From an uncultured delta proteobacterium (GTDB taxonomy: Bacteria; Myxococcota_A; Polyangia; Palsa-1104): a stretch of 64,000 nucleotides of DNA. The stretch lies in assembly GCA_963785725.1 (NCBI GenBank), contig CAWAWS010000019.1, positions 96,001-160,000 of the forward strand, read 5' to 3'. This document shows, one piece after another, positions 1-9,806 of this stretch (positions within the stretch are counted from its first letter, which is position 1; the number at the start of each line of letters is the position of its first letter). The position numbers and the translations under genes are program-made. The notes under the pieces were generated by a model. That model did not search any database. It was given only the letters and a program-made list of their open reading frames with translations, and was not told where the DNA came from.

Positions 1-795
<795 letters not shown>

Positions 796-1200
796 TTATT
801 CGGCGGCGAGGCCGTCCTTCTGCGTCGGCACGAACGTCGCCTTGGCCAGCTCCTGCTGCTTGATGCTGAGGCGCACGACGATGCCCGCCTTCGTCAACAC
901 CGGCTCGCGCAGGAACAGGTGGTAATTGCGGATCTCTTTGTCGTCGGGCGGCGCGCCTTGCGCCTTCTTCGACGGCGTGCCGGTGACGAGGCGGATCTTC
1001 TCGTTCGGCTGCAAGATGAACCCGGGCTCGAGCGTGCCGATCGGATGCGGCCGCTCGGTCGCCTTCTTGGCGACGGTGACGGTGCAGCCGTGCGCGTTGA
1101 CGACGTTGGGCCCGGTGTTTTCGAGGAGCAACCACTCCTCGTTGAGCGCTTCGGGAGACTTCGGCTTGTGGAGCTCGCGGAAGACGAGAGCCATCTTCAT
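796..1200 (-). CDS. Small lamin-tail-domain-like protein
   Basis: LNEEWLLLENTG and GFILQPNEKIRLVTG resemble LTD motifs; ATGA overlap with selD; its stop abuts the uvrA start. Confidence 0.6.
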   Translation of the reverse strand: MKMALVFRELHKPKSPEALNEEWLLLENTGPNVVNAHGCTVTVAKKATERPHPIGTLEPGFILQPNEKIRLVTGTPSKKAQGAPPDDKEIRNYHLFLREPVLTKAGIVVRLSIKQQELAKATFVPTQKDGLAAE

Positions 1201-2234
1201 TCACCTCGCAAAAATTGAACGTAAGATTCATTGGCGGCGCGCGCTTCACCGATGCGCGCCGCGTGGGTTACGCCGGCGTCATGCAGACGCGCCAGCAGTT
1301 CGTCGGCTTTCGCCGGGTCGACGGCCATGAGCAGCCCGCCGGAAGTTTGCGGATCGTGAACCAGCTCGTCCCAAAAGCCGGGGACGATGCCGCGAATGCG
1401 ACCGGCGCCGTTGGCGCGATTGGGCTTCGTCGAGCCGGTCGTCACGCCCGCGGCCACCATGTCGCGCAAGCGCGGATAAAGTGGCAGCGACGGTAAATCG
1501 ATGTGCAGCGCGAGATTGCCCGCGGCGGTCATTTCCAAGCCGTGACCGACGAGGCCGAAGCCGGTCACGTCGGTCATCGCGTGCACCGCCGGCCACAGCG
1601 CGGCCGCTGCTTCGCCGGCCGCGCGATTGAGCGTCGCCAGCTGCAACAGCGACGGGCGCGCTTCGTCTTCGGTCAACGCGCCTTTGCGCATGCCGTTGAT
1701 GACGAGGCCCGAGCCGAGCGGTTTCGTCAGGATCAAGATGTCGCCGGGACGCGCGCCGATGTTGCGGATGACGCGATCGGGAGCGACCACGCCCGTCACC
1801 GACAAGCCGTAAAACAGCTCCTCGCAGCGAACGGTGTGGCCGCCGACGATGAAGACGCCGGCCTCGGTCGCTTTGGCGAGCCCGCCGGCCAAGACGGCGT
1901 GCGCCTGCTCGGGCTCGAGCGCCTTCGGGAACATGCATAACGCGAGCGCCGTCAAAGGCTTGCCGCCCATCGCGTAGACGTCGGAGATGGCGTTGGCGGC
2001 CGCGATTTGGCCGTACAAGAAGCCGTCGTCCGTCGGTGGCGTGATGAAATCGGCGGTGACGACGATCGCCTGCTGGTCGTCGAGCGCGAACACGCCGGCG
2101 TCGTCCGACGTCTCGGTGCCGACGAGCAGCGACGGGTGGCCCGGCGCCGCGAGACCGCCCATGATCGCGCGCAGATCGAGCGGCGCGACCTTGGCCGCAC
2201 AGCCGCCGCAAGTGGCGAACTTCGTGAGGTTCAT
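1197..2234 (-). CDS. selD: Selenide, water dikinase (Cys form)
   Basis: LTKFATCGGCAAK, DDAGV, GQIAAANAISDVYAMGG, GGHT, TDVTGFGLVGH, DPQTSGGLL. Confidence 0.95.
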   Translation of the reverse strand: MNLTKFATCGGCAAKVAPLDLRAIMGGLAAPGHPSLLVGTETSDDAGVFALDDQQAIVVTADFITPPTDDGFLYGQIAAANAISDVYAMGGKPLTALALCMFPKALEPEQAHAVLAGGLAKATEAGVFIVGGHTVRCEELFYGLSVTGVVAPDRVIRNIGARPGDILILTKPLGSGLVINGMRKGALTEDEARPSLLQLATLNRAAGEAAAALWPAVHAMTDVTGFGLVGHGLEMTAAGNLALHIDLPSLPLYPRLRDMVAAGVTTGSTKPNRANGAGRIRGIVPGFWDELVHDPQTSGGLLMAVDPAKADELLARLHDAGVTHAARIGEARAANESYVQFLRGE

Positions 2235-2282
2235 CTCGACCGCGTAAGCTAGCACATGCTATGGAGCGACGACGGAGGATCC

Positions 2283-2561
2283 ATGGCCAAGCTGACGATC
2301 GAACAGGCGCACTCGCTCCCGCTGGACGAGGTCAAGAAGCGGCTCGAGGAGATCGCCACGCGACTGTCGGAGAAGTACGGCATCGACGCCAATTGGACGT
2401 CGGATCGCGAGGCTTCGCTGAAGCGCACGGGCGTGACCGGCAAGATCACGCTGACCGAGAAGAGCGTCTCGGTGCTGCTCGACTTGTCGTTCGCGCTCTT
2501 GCCGGTCAAGGGCAAGATCGAGGAGCGCATCAAGCGCGAATTGGCGACCGCGCTCGTCTAG
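2283..2561 (+). CDS. Polyhydroxyalkanoic acid system protein family (PHA_gran_rgn-like)
   Basis: HSLPLDEVKKRL..W...KRTGVTG..LLPVKGKIEERI pattern; GGAGG RBS upstream. Confidence 0.75.
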   Translation: MAKLTIEQAHSLPLDEVKKRLEEIATRLSEKYGIDANWTSDREASLKRTGVTGKITLTEKSVSVLLDLSFALLPVKGKIEERIKRELATALV

Positions 2562-2567
2562 CGTCCG

Positions 2568-2855
2568 CTACGGGACGACGAGGACGATGTCGTCGCCGTC
2601 GATGCTGATCTGACAGCGCGATTCGTCGTCGAGGCTCGCCGGCGAGTCTTCGGCCCAGACATCGAACGACAAGCCGCGCGAGCCGCAATAGCTGCTGTCG
2701 GCGTGCAAGGGCGACGTGCGTCGCGACGGGCGCGTGCAGGTCGCGTAGAAGCGACCGTCGCAGTTGTAGACGGTGACCTGGCGGCCGTCGACTTCGACGA
2801 CGCGGCCTTTGCCCGGCGGTAGCTGCGCGATGGTGAAGACGCGAATGCTCGACAT
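2568..2855 (-). CDS. Rieske ferredoxin-like protein lacking canonical Fe-S ligands
   Basis: LPPGKGRVVEVDGRQVTVYNCDGRFYA matches a Rieske N-terminus, but the CxH and CxxH boxes are degenerate. Confidence 0.65.
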   Translation of the reverse strand: MSSIRVFTIAQLPPGKGRVVEVDGRQVTVYNCDGRFYATCTRPSRRTSPLHADSSYCGSRGLSFDVWAEDSPASLDDESRCQISIDGDDIVLVVP

Positions 2856-2867
2856 GCCGCCCGTCAA

Positions 2868-2883
2868 TGCCAACGTCGTGCCA
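2868..2883 (-). promoter_or_regulatory. Sigma54 (-24/-12) promoter
   Basis: TGGCAC-GACGT-TGGCA (GG-N10-GC), ending 12 nt before the ATG at 2855. Confidence 0.65.
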
Positions 2884-2972
2884 GCTGCCGCCGCCGCGGC
2901 GACGACGGAACCGGACTTCCACGCACGGGACACGTCGGCTCCATCGCGGTTCGTAAGCGCGCGTGTGACGTA

Positions 2973-2988
2973 GGGAACGACGTTTGCA
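2973..2988 (+). promoter_or_regulatory. Sigma54 (-24/-12) promoter
   Basis: GGGAAC-GACGT-TTGCA (GG-N10-GC), 12 nt before the GTG at 3001. Confidence 0.55.
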
Positions 2989-3000
2989 CAACCGCGCGGC

Positions 3001-4005
3001 GTGCAAAATCCACGTCGGGACGAGGTCGAATTCAGCGGTTTCATGCGCGCGGTCGCCGGCTCGGGCGTGCACGTCGTCGTGGCCGGTGGCGCGGCCGAGC
3101 TGGCCGCGGGCGCGCTCGTTCTGAAGGCCATGCAGCGCGCCGCCATCCGGCTCGACGGCGTCAGCGTCATCGGCTGGGGCGAAGCGCTGTCGGGCCCGGC
3201 CCTGCGGACGTGGCTGCAGGGCGCGCCGGCGCTCGTCGTCGTCGGCGGTCGCAGCGCGCAGCCGTTGCTCGCCGAGGTCCCGCAGCTGACGCTCTGCGAC
3301 GATCCCGCGTCCAATGAGGGTGAGCCGCTGAGCGCCCGCGCGTTTCGGCTGGGCGAGACGTTGGCGTCGCTGGCCGATGCCGCCTGGTGCGCCGCCGTCG
3401 GGCTGGCCGCGGCCGTCGCGGAAGTGGCGCCGCCGCACGCGCTCGTCGAGCGCGCCTTGGCCCGTCATTCACGCGCCGAGCTGACGCACGTGGCCGAGCT
3501 GCTCGACGGCGCGACGCGCGGCCCCGAGCCGGCGCGCGAGATGTTGGCGGCGCTCGAGATGCTCGCCGCCGCGCCCGACCCGCGCCGCTTCCTCGACAGC
3601 GAGCCGGGGCAGCTGCTGACGCGCAACAGCGCGCTCGTGCGGCAGCAGGCGGCGCTGGCCTGCAAGCTGTCGCCGCGCGCCGGCTTCGGCGTCATCGTCG
3701 TCGAATACGACAGCCCCTGCCGCATCGAAGATCTGGTGGCGCGGCGCTGGCGCGGCTTGCGTCCGGGCACGGCCGTGCTCGTCGCCAACCACGGCGGCGT
3801 CGCCGGGCAGGTCGCGGTCACGGCGCGCGCGGCGCTGCCCGAGGCGCTCGAGCGGCTGCACAGCGTCGTCGGCGACGCGGGCCACGCGCTCTTGGCGCCG
3901 TCGGCGTGGAATCAGCTGCTGTCGCGCCTCGGCGTCGCCGCGGCGCCGGTCGCGCCGCTGTATGAGACGGCGCCGGGAAGCGAACGTCATGCCGCGTTAA
4001 ACTGA
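3001..4005 (+). CDS. DHH-phosphoesterase-like protein with degenerate catalytic motifs
   Basis: Scaffold motifs LAAGAL, WCAAVG, SPCRI..LVARRWRG, VLVANHG resemble a DHH subfamily; DxD and DHH are absent. Confidence 0.55.
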   Translation: MQNPRRDEVEFSGFMRAVAGSGVHVVVAGGAAELAAGALVLKAMQRAAIRLDGVSVIGWGEALSGPALRTWLQGAPALVVVGGRSAQPLLAEVPQLTLCDDPASNEGEPLSARAFRLGETLASLADAAWCAAVGLAAAVAEVAPPHALVERALARHSRAELTHVAELLDGATRGPEPAREMLAALEMLAAAPDPRRFLDSEPGQLLTRNSALVRQQAALACKLSPRAGFGVIVVEYDSPCRIEDLVARRWRGLRPGTAVLVANHGGVAGQVAVTARAALPEALERLHSVVGDAGHALLAPSAWNQLLSRLGVAAAPVAPLYETAPGSERHAALN

Positions 4006-4030
4006 TGTTATAATCGTCGCTCACTCGGCG

Positions 4031-4678
4031 ATGCGCGACGTCCTCACATTCGGCCTGGTCGCGTTCTCGGCCATCTTCTTCGTCGTCGATCCGCTGGCGG
4101 TGCTGCCGATCTTCCTGGCGATGACGCGCAACGAGACGCCGCAGCACAAGCGCGGCACGGCGGCGCGCGCGGCCATCACCGCCGGCATCACGCTGACGGT
4201 GTTCGCCGCCGCCGGCACGCTCATCTTCCGCTTCTTCGGCATCACACTCGGCGCCTTCAAGATCGCCGGCGGCGTGCTGCTCTTCATGGTCGCGCTCGAC
4301 ATGATGCAGGCGCGCCAATCACGCACGCGCTCGACGCCGGAAGAGGAACAAGAGGGCATCGAAAAGGCCGACGTCGCCATCATCCCGCTGGCGATTCCGC
4401 TCTTGTCGGGGCCAGGCTCGATCGCGACGGTGATGGTGCTGATGTCGCGGCACAAGCAGTGGGTCTATACGATCCCCGTGTTCGGCTCGATCTTCCTGAC
4501 GGCGGTGTTGACGTGGCTGATGCTGCGCGGCGCCGGCTGGATCGAGACGCACCTGTCGAAGACGTTCATGAACGTCGTCATGCGCATCATGGGTCTCATC
4601 TTGGCGGCGATCGCCGTCGAGTTCGTCATCGCCGGCATCAAAGACGTGCTGCCGACGCTGCAGCAGCACGTCGGCTGA
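4031..4678 (+). CDS. MarC family membrane protein
   Basis: FFVVDPL, FGITLGAFKIAGG, IIPLAIPLLSGPGSI, RIMGLILAAIAVE; TATAAT at 4009-4014. Confidence 0.92.
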   Translation: MRDVLTFGLVAFSAIFFVVDPLAVLPIFLAMTRNETPQHKRGTAARAAITAGITLTVFAAAGTLIFRFFGITLGAFKIAGGVLLFMVALDMMQARQSRTRSTPEEEQEGIEKADVAIIPLAIPLLSGPGSIATVMVLMSRHKQWVYTIPVFGSIFLTAVLTWLMLRGAGWIETHLSKTFMNVVMRIMGLILAAIAVEFVIAGIKDVLPTLQQHVG

Positions 4679-4693
4679 CCGCGGTCGCGGCGC

Positions 4694-6052
4694 TCAGTTC
4701 GACGGCGGCGAGGCGGCGGTGCAGCCGGCCAGCGCCGTCTGATCGACCGTCGGCGTCGGCAGCGTCGGCACCGTGAAGTCGGGATGGTCGAAGTCGAACA
4801 TGTCGTAGGCCGGCGCCGCGTTGGCGTCGCGATGGGTAATCGCCGGCAGGTCGAAGCGCGACTGCACGAAGCGCAAGATGCTCGTCCCGTCGGTCACTTC
4901 GTGCGAAATGTAGCCGTGCTTGGCGTACGGCGAGATGACGAGCAGCGGCACGCGGAAGCCATACTGCGTGAAACCGACGCTGCTCGTGATGTTGAGCGGG
5001 AAGTTGTCGGGCGCGCACGCCGCCGGCGGCACGACGTGATCGTACATGCCGCCGTTCTCGTCGTAGGTCAGGAAGACCGCCGAGTCCTTCCACAGCGGGC
5101 CGTTCATGACGGCGCCGATGATGCCGGACATGAACTGCTGCCCGACCTCGAAGTCGGCCGGCGGATCTTCGTCCGGTGAGGCGCCGCCGAGCTCGTCGCT
5201 GCCCTCGACGATGCTGACGCTGGCCAAGTTGCCCGCCGCCGCGTCGGCCGCGAACGTGCTGGTGTCGACGAAGTTCTCCGAGTCCTGCACGAACGAGCTG
5301 ACGGCGACGATGAGCGTCGTCGCGCGATCTTGCGCATAGACCCGCCACGTGACGCCCGCCGCCTGCAGCTGATTCAGAATATTGGGCAGCGTATTGCCGT
5401 TGGCGTCGACGTTATTGGGGAACGTGTTGTCCGTGACGCCGTAGGAAGTTCCCGCGAAGTAGAACATGCGGTTCGGCCACGTCGGCCCCAGCACCGACGA
5501 GAAATGCCGATCGGAGATCGCGAACGCCGACGCCAGCGCGTAGTAATAGGGCAAGTCGCTGCCGTCGTAGAAGCCCATGACGGTGTGATCGTCGCTGTTG
5601 TCGATGACCCACTTGTCGAGCGCGCCGTTGTCGAGGTTGCCGTGCTCGGTGGTCCAGCTGTGCGAGCCGCCCGGCACGCACTTGTTCGTCAGGTGATACC
5701 GCTGCACCGGCACGCCCTTCGAGTCGCTGTTGGTGATGTACGGCGACGCGCCGTCGACGCCGGGAAACGACGAGTAATAATGATCGAACGACCGATTCTC
5801 CTGCATCAAGAGCACGATGTGATTGATGGGGATGTCTTTGCCGACCGGCTGATCGATCGGCAGCGTCTGCGCCGCCATCTGCCCCGCGCCGTAAAAGCAG
5901 TTGCTGCGCGCGATGTCGACCTCGGCGGCGCTCGGTCGCGGCAGCGCCATGTCACCGACGGGAACGTTCGTCTTCGTACGATTGTCGCCGCCACATCCCG
6001 ACGTCGCCGCCGCCCAAACCATCAACACGCTCAGCCTCGTCGCGCGCTTCAT
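4694..6052 (-). CDS. Phospholipase C / phosphoesterase family lipoprotein
   Basis: HIVLLMQENRSFDHY, GPTWPNR, TYDENGGMYDHV, GFRVPLLVISPY; lipobox ATSGC. Confidence 0.88.
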   Translation of the reverse strand: MKRATRLSVLMVWAAATSGCGGDNRTKTNVPVGDMALPRPSAAEVDIARSNCFYGAGQMAAQTLPIDQPVGKDIPINHIVLLMQENRSFDHYYSSFPGVDGASPYITNSDSKGVPVQRYHLTNKCVPGGSHSWTTEHGNLDNGALDKWVIDNSDDHTVMGFYDGSDLPYYYALASAFAISDRHFSSVLGPTWPNRMFYFAGTSYGVTDNTFPNNVDANGNTLPNILNQLQAAGVTWRVYAQDRATTLIVAVSSFVQDSENFVDTSTFAADAAAGNLASVSIVEGSDELGGASPDEDPPADFEVGQQFMSGIIGAVMNGPLWKDSAVFLTYDENGGMYDHVVPPAACAPDNFPLNITSSVGFTQYGFRVPLLVISPYAKHGYISHEVTDGTSILRFVQSRFDLPAITHRDANAAPAYDMFDFDHPDFTVPTLPTPTVDQTALAGCTAASPPSN

Positions 6053-6257
6053 GCGGTGCACCTCGGTCGCAGAACGGTGCCGCAGCGGACGCGACGAAGC
6101 AAGCCTCCCGACCTCGTCATTTGCTGATTTCGTATTTATTGCGCGCAGTTCCGATGACGCATAGCGCCATAAGCGAAGAATTCCGCGGCGCCCACGTGGC
6201 CGAGCGCGATCGGATGGCGCGCGTCGCCGCATTGGCGCCGCACGCGAGGCCGCGACG

Positions 6258-7016
6258 TCAGCGCGCCGTCATCGCCGGATCGACGGCCACCTCGAGCGTC
6301 TGCACGCGGCGGATCGCCGCGCGCCACGCTCGCATCAGCTCGGCCGCGCGCGCCGTCCCCAGCTGCGTCGCCAGCACCTGCTCGATCGGCGGCGCGGTGG
6401 CGACGACGGCGCGGCTCGGCGCCAGCCAAAAGCTGCAGACGCGCCCGCTGCCGTAAGCCGCGAAGTAGGTGCGCCGCTCGATCGGATACTGCGCCGCGGT
6501 CAACGCCGCCGCGATCGGACGCCAGGCGGCCTCGTAATCGGCGCTGGGCTCGACGTCCTCGATCACCAGCTGCAGCACATCGGTCAGCGGTCGTCGTTGC
6601 GTCGGCGGCGCATAGTCGAGCTCGGGCCACGCGCGCCAGATCTCGGTGGTGTGCGGAAACGTCAACGCCTCGTCGCTGAGGCGATCGTACTCGGCGCTGA
6701 GCGCGCCCATCTTGCGCGCGACCGCTTGCCGCTCGTCGCCGAGCCGATCGAGGTCGCGCCACGGCCCCAGCGGCTCGATGGAGTAGAACGTGTGCTCGCC
6801 GATCTGCAGGTAATCGCCGCGTCGATCGCTCAGCCCGCGCCGGCGCAGCGCGGCCACCCAGCTGCGGCGGGCGTCGGCGAACTGCTGCAGCTTGTCGGGG
6901 AGGATCGTGTCGACGTGAACGATGAGCCGCGCCGGCGGATGCGCCGACGGCGGCTGCGCGGTCACGCAGCCCACCGCCGACACGAGCAGCAGTGCTAGGC
7001 CGTCTTGGCGCCGCAC
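6258..7016 (-). CDS. Hypothetical lipoprotein (possibly two NIPSNAP-like domains)
   Basis: GTG start overlapping the SPFH gene end; LALLLVSAVGC lipobox; codon bias typical of the window. Confidence 0.6.
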   Translation of the reverse strand: MRRQDGLALLLVSAVGCVTAQPPSAHPPARLIVHVDTILPDKLQQFADARRSWVAALRRRGLSDRRGDYLQIGEHTFYSIEPLGPWRDLDRLGDERQAVARKMGALSAEYDRLSDEALTFPHTTEIWRAWPELDYAPPTQRRPLTDVLQLVIEDVEPSADYEAAWRPIAAALTAAQYPIERRTYFAAYGSGRVCSFWLAPSRAVVATAPPIEQVLATQLGTARAAELMRAWRAAIRRVQTLEVAVDPAMTAR

Positions 7017-8119
7017 TCGCCGCAGAACTTGGCGCCGGGATTCATCGGCTTGCCGCACTCGGCACAGAACGCCTTCTTCTCGGCCAACGCCTGCCCGCAC
7101 TCGGCACAGAATTTACCCGGCGCCGTCTTCGCGCCGCATTTGCCGCAGGTGACCTGGCCGACGCCGCCCGCCGGCGCCGTCGGTGCTTGCGGCTGCTGCT
7201 GCGGCTGTTGTTGCGGCTGCTGATTGGCCTGATTGAACATCGACGCCATGCCCATGCCGATGCCGAGACCGGCGCCGCCGAGCATCGGGTTGCCGCCGCC
7301 GCCGTCGCCGCCGCCTTTGGCCATGCCTTCGCCGGCGCCCATCATCGCCTTGCCGGCCGCGAGCTGCTGAAAGCCCTGCATGCCGCCCGCCATGCGAATC
7401 TGCGCCGCGTCTTTGTACAGCTGCTTGAGCTGCACCTCATCCTCGTCCTTGATGGCGATGACGAAGTTGCCGAGCCGCACGACCTTCATGCCGTACGGCG
7501 ACAGATGCGGCTTACATCCCTCGATGACGACCTGCTCGATCTCCTCGGTGAACGCGCCCGAGGTGACGTTGAGCAGCGGGATGTTCTGCTTGACCATCAT
7601 CTCGGCGATGCGATCGCGGATGACCTTGAGCAGCTGATTCTTGAACCAACCGGTGAACTCCTCGTCGCTGGACCAGCTGCGCTGACCGAAGAAGCCGATC
7701 ACCTTCATCGGATCTTCGACCTGCACCGAGAAGTCGCCGTGGACCATCGTGCCGATGGCCATGCCCGACTTGGGATCCTCGACGTCGCCGATGCGGCCGC
7801 CGAACTGCATCCCGCCGACTTCGCGCAGCATGATGAACCAGACTTCGGCCATCAGCACGTTGCCGCCGGTGAACTTGTCCATGAGGATCGAGAGGAACGG
7901 GATGTTCTGCGTCTCGAGCGTGTGCCGGCCGGCGTCGAGGCGACCGACGAACTGCCCGTCTTTGTAGAAGAGCGCGCACTCGTCCTGGCCGACGGTGATC
8001 TGCGCCTTCATCGGGATCGTCCGATCTGGCCACTTGTAGACGAGGAGATCCTTGGCCTCGTCCGGTCGCGCGATGAACATCTCTTGCGCGCCCTTCTTCA
8101 CGAAATCGAACAGACCCAT
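6995..8119 (-). CDS. SPFH/Band7 (YdjI-like) protein with C-terminal double zinc ribbon
   Basis: LVYKWP, GRHTLETQNIPFL, AEVWF; C-terminal CGKCG..KFCAECG..FCAECG..KFCGECG; GGAGG RBS. Confidence 0.85.
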   Translation of the reverse strand: MGLFDFVKKGAQEMFIARPDEAKDLLVYKWPDRTIPMKAQITVGQDECALFYKDGQFVGRLDAGRHTLETQNIPFLSILMDKFTGGNVLMAEVWFIMLREVGGMQFGGRIGDVEDPKSGMAIGTMVHGDFSVQVEDPMKVIGFFGQRSWSSDEEFTGWFKNQLLKVIRDRIAEMMVKQNIPLLNVTSGAFTEEIEQVVIEGCKPHLSPYGMKVVRLGNFVIAIKDEDEVQLKQLYKDAAQIRMAGGMQGFQQLAAGKAMMGAGEGMAKGGGDGGGGNPMLGGAGLGIGMGMASMFNQANQQPQQQPQQQPQAPTAPAGGVGQVTCGKCGAKTAPGKFCAECGQALAEKKAFCAECGKPMNPGAKFCGECGAKTA

Positions 8120-8189
8120 GGGCTCCTCCCCTACCGTGCTTGCGTTGTGGTCAGGCTAGGCATGATACTACGGCGACCGAGGCGAAACC

Positions 8190-9305
8190 ATGGCCACCGG
8201 CGACGCGGAAAAAGCGGTCAAATCGCAGCGTTTCACGTGCAGCGAGTGCGCCGCGGAGATGAAGTTCGACGCGGGCAGCGGCAAGCTCAAGTGCGATCAT
8301 TGCGGCGCCACGCGTGAAGTCCCCACCGGGACTGGAACGATCGTCGAATACGATTTCTTCCAAGGCCTGCAAGCGGCGCCCAAAGGCCTCGCCACCGGCG
8401 GCGCGACGCGCGCGTGCAAGTGCCAAGAGTGCGGCGCCAACGTCGTCTTTCCCGACGGCGTGACCGCGACGCACTGCACGTTCTGCGGCTCCAACAAAGT
8501 GCTCGAGCAGGGCGAGAATCAGAACTCGATTCGCCCCGAGTCGCTGTTGCCGTTCGCCGTCGACAAGAAGCGCGCGGGTCAAGCCTTCGGCGATTGGCTG
8601 GGCAAGCTGTGGTTCCGCCCCAACGACTTGAAGACGATGTCGAAGGTGCAAGAGGTCAACGGCGTCTACGTGCCGTTCTGGACCTACGACGCGCACGTCG
8701 AGTCCTCGTGGCAGGCAGAAGCGGGCTACTACTATTACGAGACCGAGGAATACACGGTCAAAGAGAACGGCGAAGAAGTTCTAAAGACGCGCGAAGTGCA
8801 GCGCACGCGTTGGGAGCGCGCCTGGGGTCATCGCGCCGACGACTACGACGACGTGCTCGTGTGCGCGTCGATGGGCTTGCCGCGCGAGCTGGCCGATCGC
8901 TTCGCGTCGTTCGACACCGCGCAGCTCGTGCCCTATTCGCCGGGATTCTTGGCCGGTTGGCGCGCCGAAGAATACGCGGTCGACCTCGCCAACGGCTTCG
9001 GCTTCGCGCAAGGCAAGATGGAGCGCGAGCAGGAGAACCGCTGCGGCAAGGACGTGCCCGGCGACACCCGGCGCAACTTGCGCGTCGACAACAGCTTCAG
9101 CGCCATTACGTTCAAGCACGTGCTCTTGCCGGTGTGGATCGCGGCCTATCGTTACAACAACCAAGTTTATCGCTTCCTCGTCAACGGGCAGACGGGCGAA
9201 GTCGTGGGCAAGGCGCCGTTCAGCTGGGTCAAGATCGCGCTCTTCACGGTCTCGCTGGTAGTGCTGGCGTTCGTTCTCTATTATCTTTTCGGCAGGAAGC
9301 CGTGA
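8190..9305 (+). CDS. Zinc-ribbon membrane protein (YdjG-like)
   Basis: Four CxxCG/A motifs, GVYVPFWTYD, FKHVLLPVW, VNGQTGEVVGKAP, C-terminal TM helix. Confidence 0.8.
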   Translation: MATGDAEKAVKSQRFTCSECAAEMKFDAGSGKLKCDHCGATREVPTGTGTIVEYDFFQGLQAAPKGLATGGATRACKCQECGANVVFPDGVTATHCTFCGSNKVLEQGENQNSIRPESLLPFAVDKKRAGQAFGDWLGKLWFRPNDLKTMSKVQEVNGVYVPFWTYDAHVESSWQAEAGYYYYETEEYTVKENGEEVLKTREVQRTRWERAWGHRADDYDDVLVCASMGLPRELADRFASFDTAQLVPYSPGFLAGWRAEEYAVDLANGFGFAQGKMEREQENRCGKDVPGDTRRNLRVDNSFSAITFKHVLLPVWIAAYRYNNQVYRFLVNGQTGEVVGKAPFSWVKIALFTVSLVVLAFVLYYLFGRKP

Positions 9306-9371
9306 TGATCAGACGACAGCGAGCGGGAGCGGCGTCGCTCGGGCCGTTTGCAGGGAGACAGTGAGCGAGCG

Positions 9372-9785
9372 ATGAAGGATGTCGTCGGCAAGAAGGTCAT
9401 TCGCGTGGTGGCGGCGGTCGTCGAAAACGATGGGCTGTACCTGATTACGCAGCGGCGCGAGTCGGCGCTGCTGCCGCTCAAGTGGGAGTTTCCCGGCGGC
9501 AAAGTCGAGGACGACGAGCAGGACGAGGACGCGCTCAAGCGCGAATTGCGCGAGCGCCTCGACGCCGACGCCAAGATCGGCCGCAAATTGGGCGAAAAGG
9601 TGCACGAATACGACGGCTATCGCGTGGCGCTGGCGCTCTATCAGGCGACGTTGGCCGAGGGCAAGCCGCTGCATGCGCGGCGCGTGCGCGATTTCCGCTG
9701 GGTCTCGTCGGCGGACTTCGACAAGTATCCCTTCCCCGACGCCGATCAGCAGACGATGGATCAGTTACTCGGCTTCTCGCGCTAA
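9372..9785 (+). CDS. NUDIX hydrolase (MutT/NudG-like)
   Basis: WEFPGGKVE..EDALKRELRERL; FPDAD. Confidence 0.85.
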   Translation: MKDVVGKKVIRVVAAVVENDGLYLITQRRESALLPLKWEFPGGKVEDDEQDEDALKRELRERLDADAKIGRKLGEKVHEYDGYRVALALYQATLAEGKPLHARRVRDFRWVSSADFDKYPFPDADQQTMDQLLGFSR

Positions 9786-9806
9786 TCGGGCTATAGAAGA
9801 GCAACG

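Noticed and set aside
2190..2234. Selenocysteine in SelD or other genes in the window
   Set aside because: The active-site codon is TGT (Cys), and I saw no in-frame TGA interrupting a conserved domain.
6066..6085. Sigma54 promoter upstream of phospholipase C
   Set aside because: GG-to-GC spacing is 9 nt rather than the required 10.
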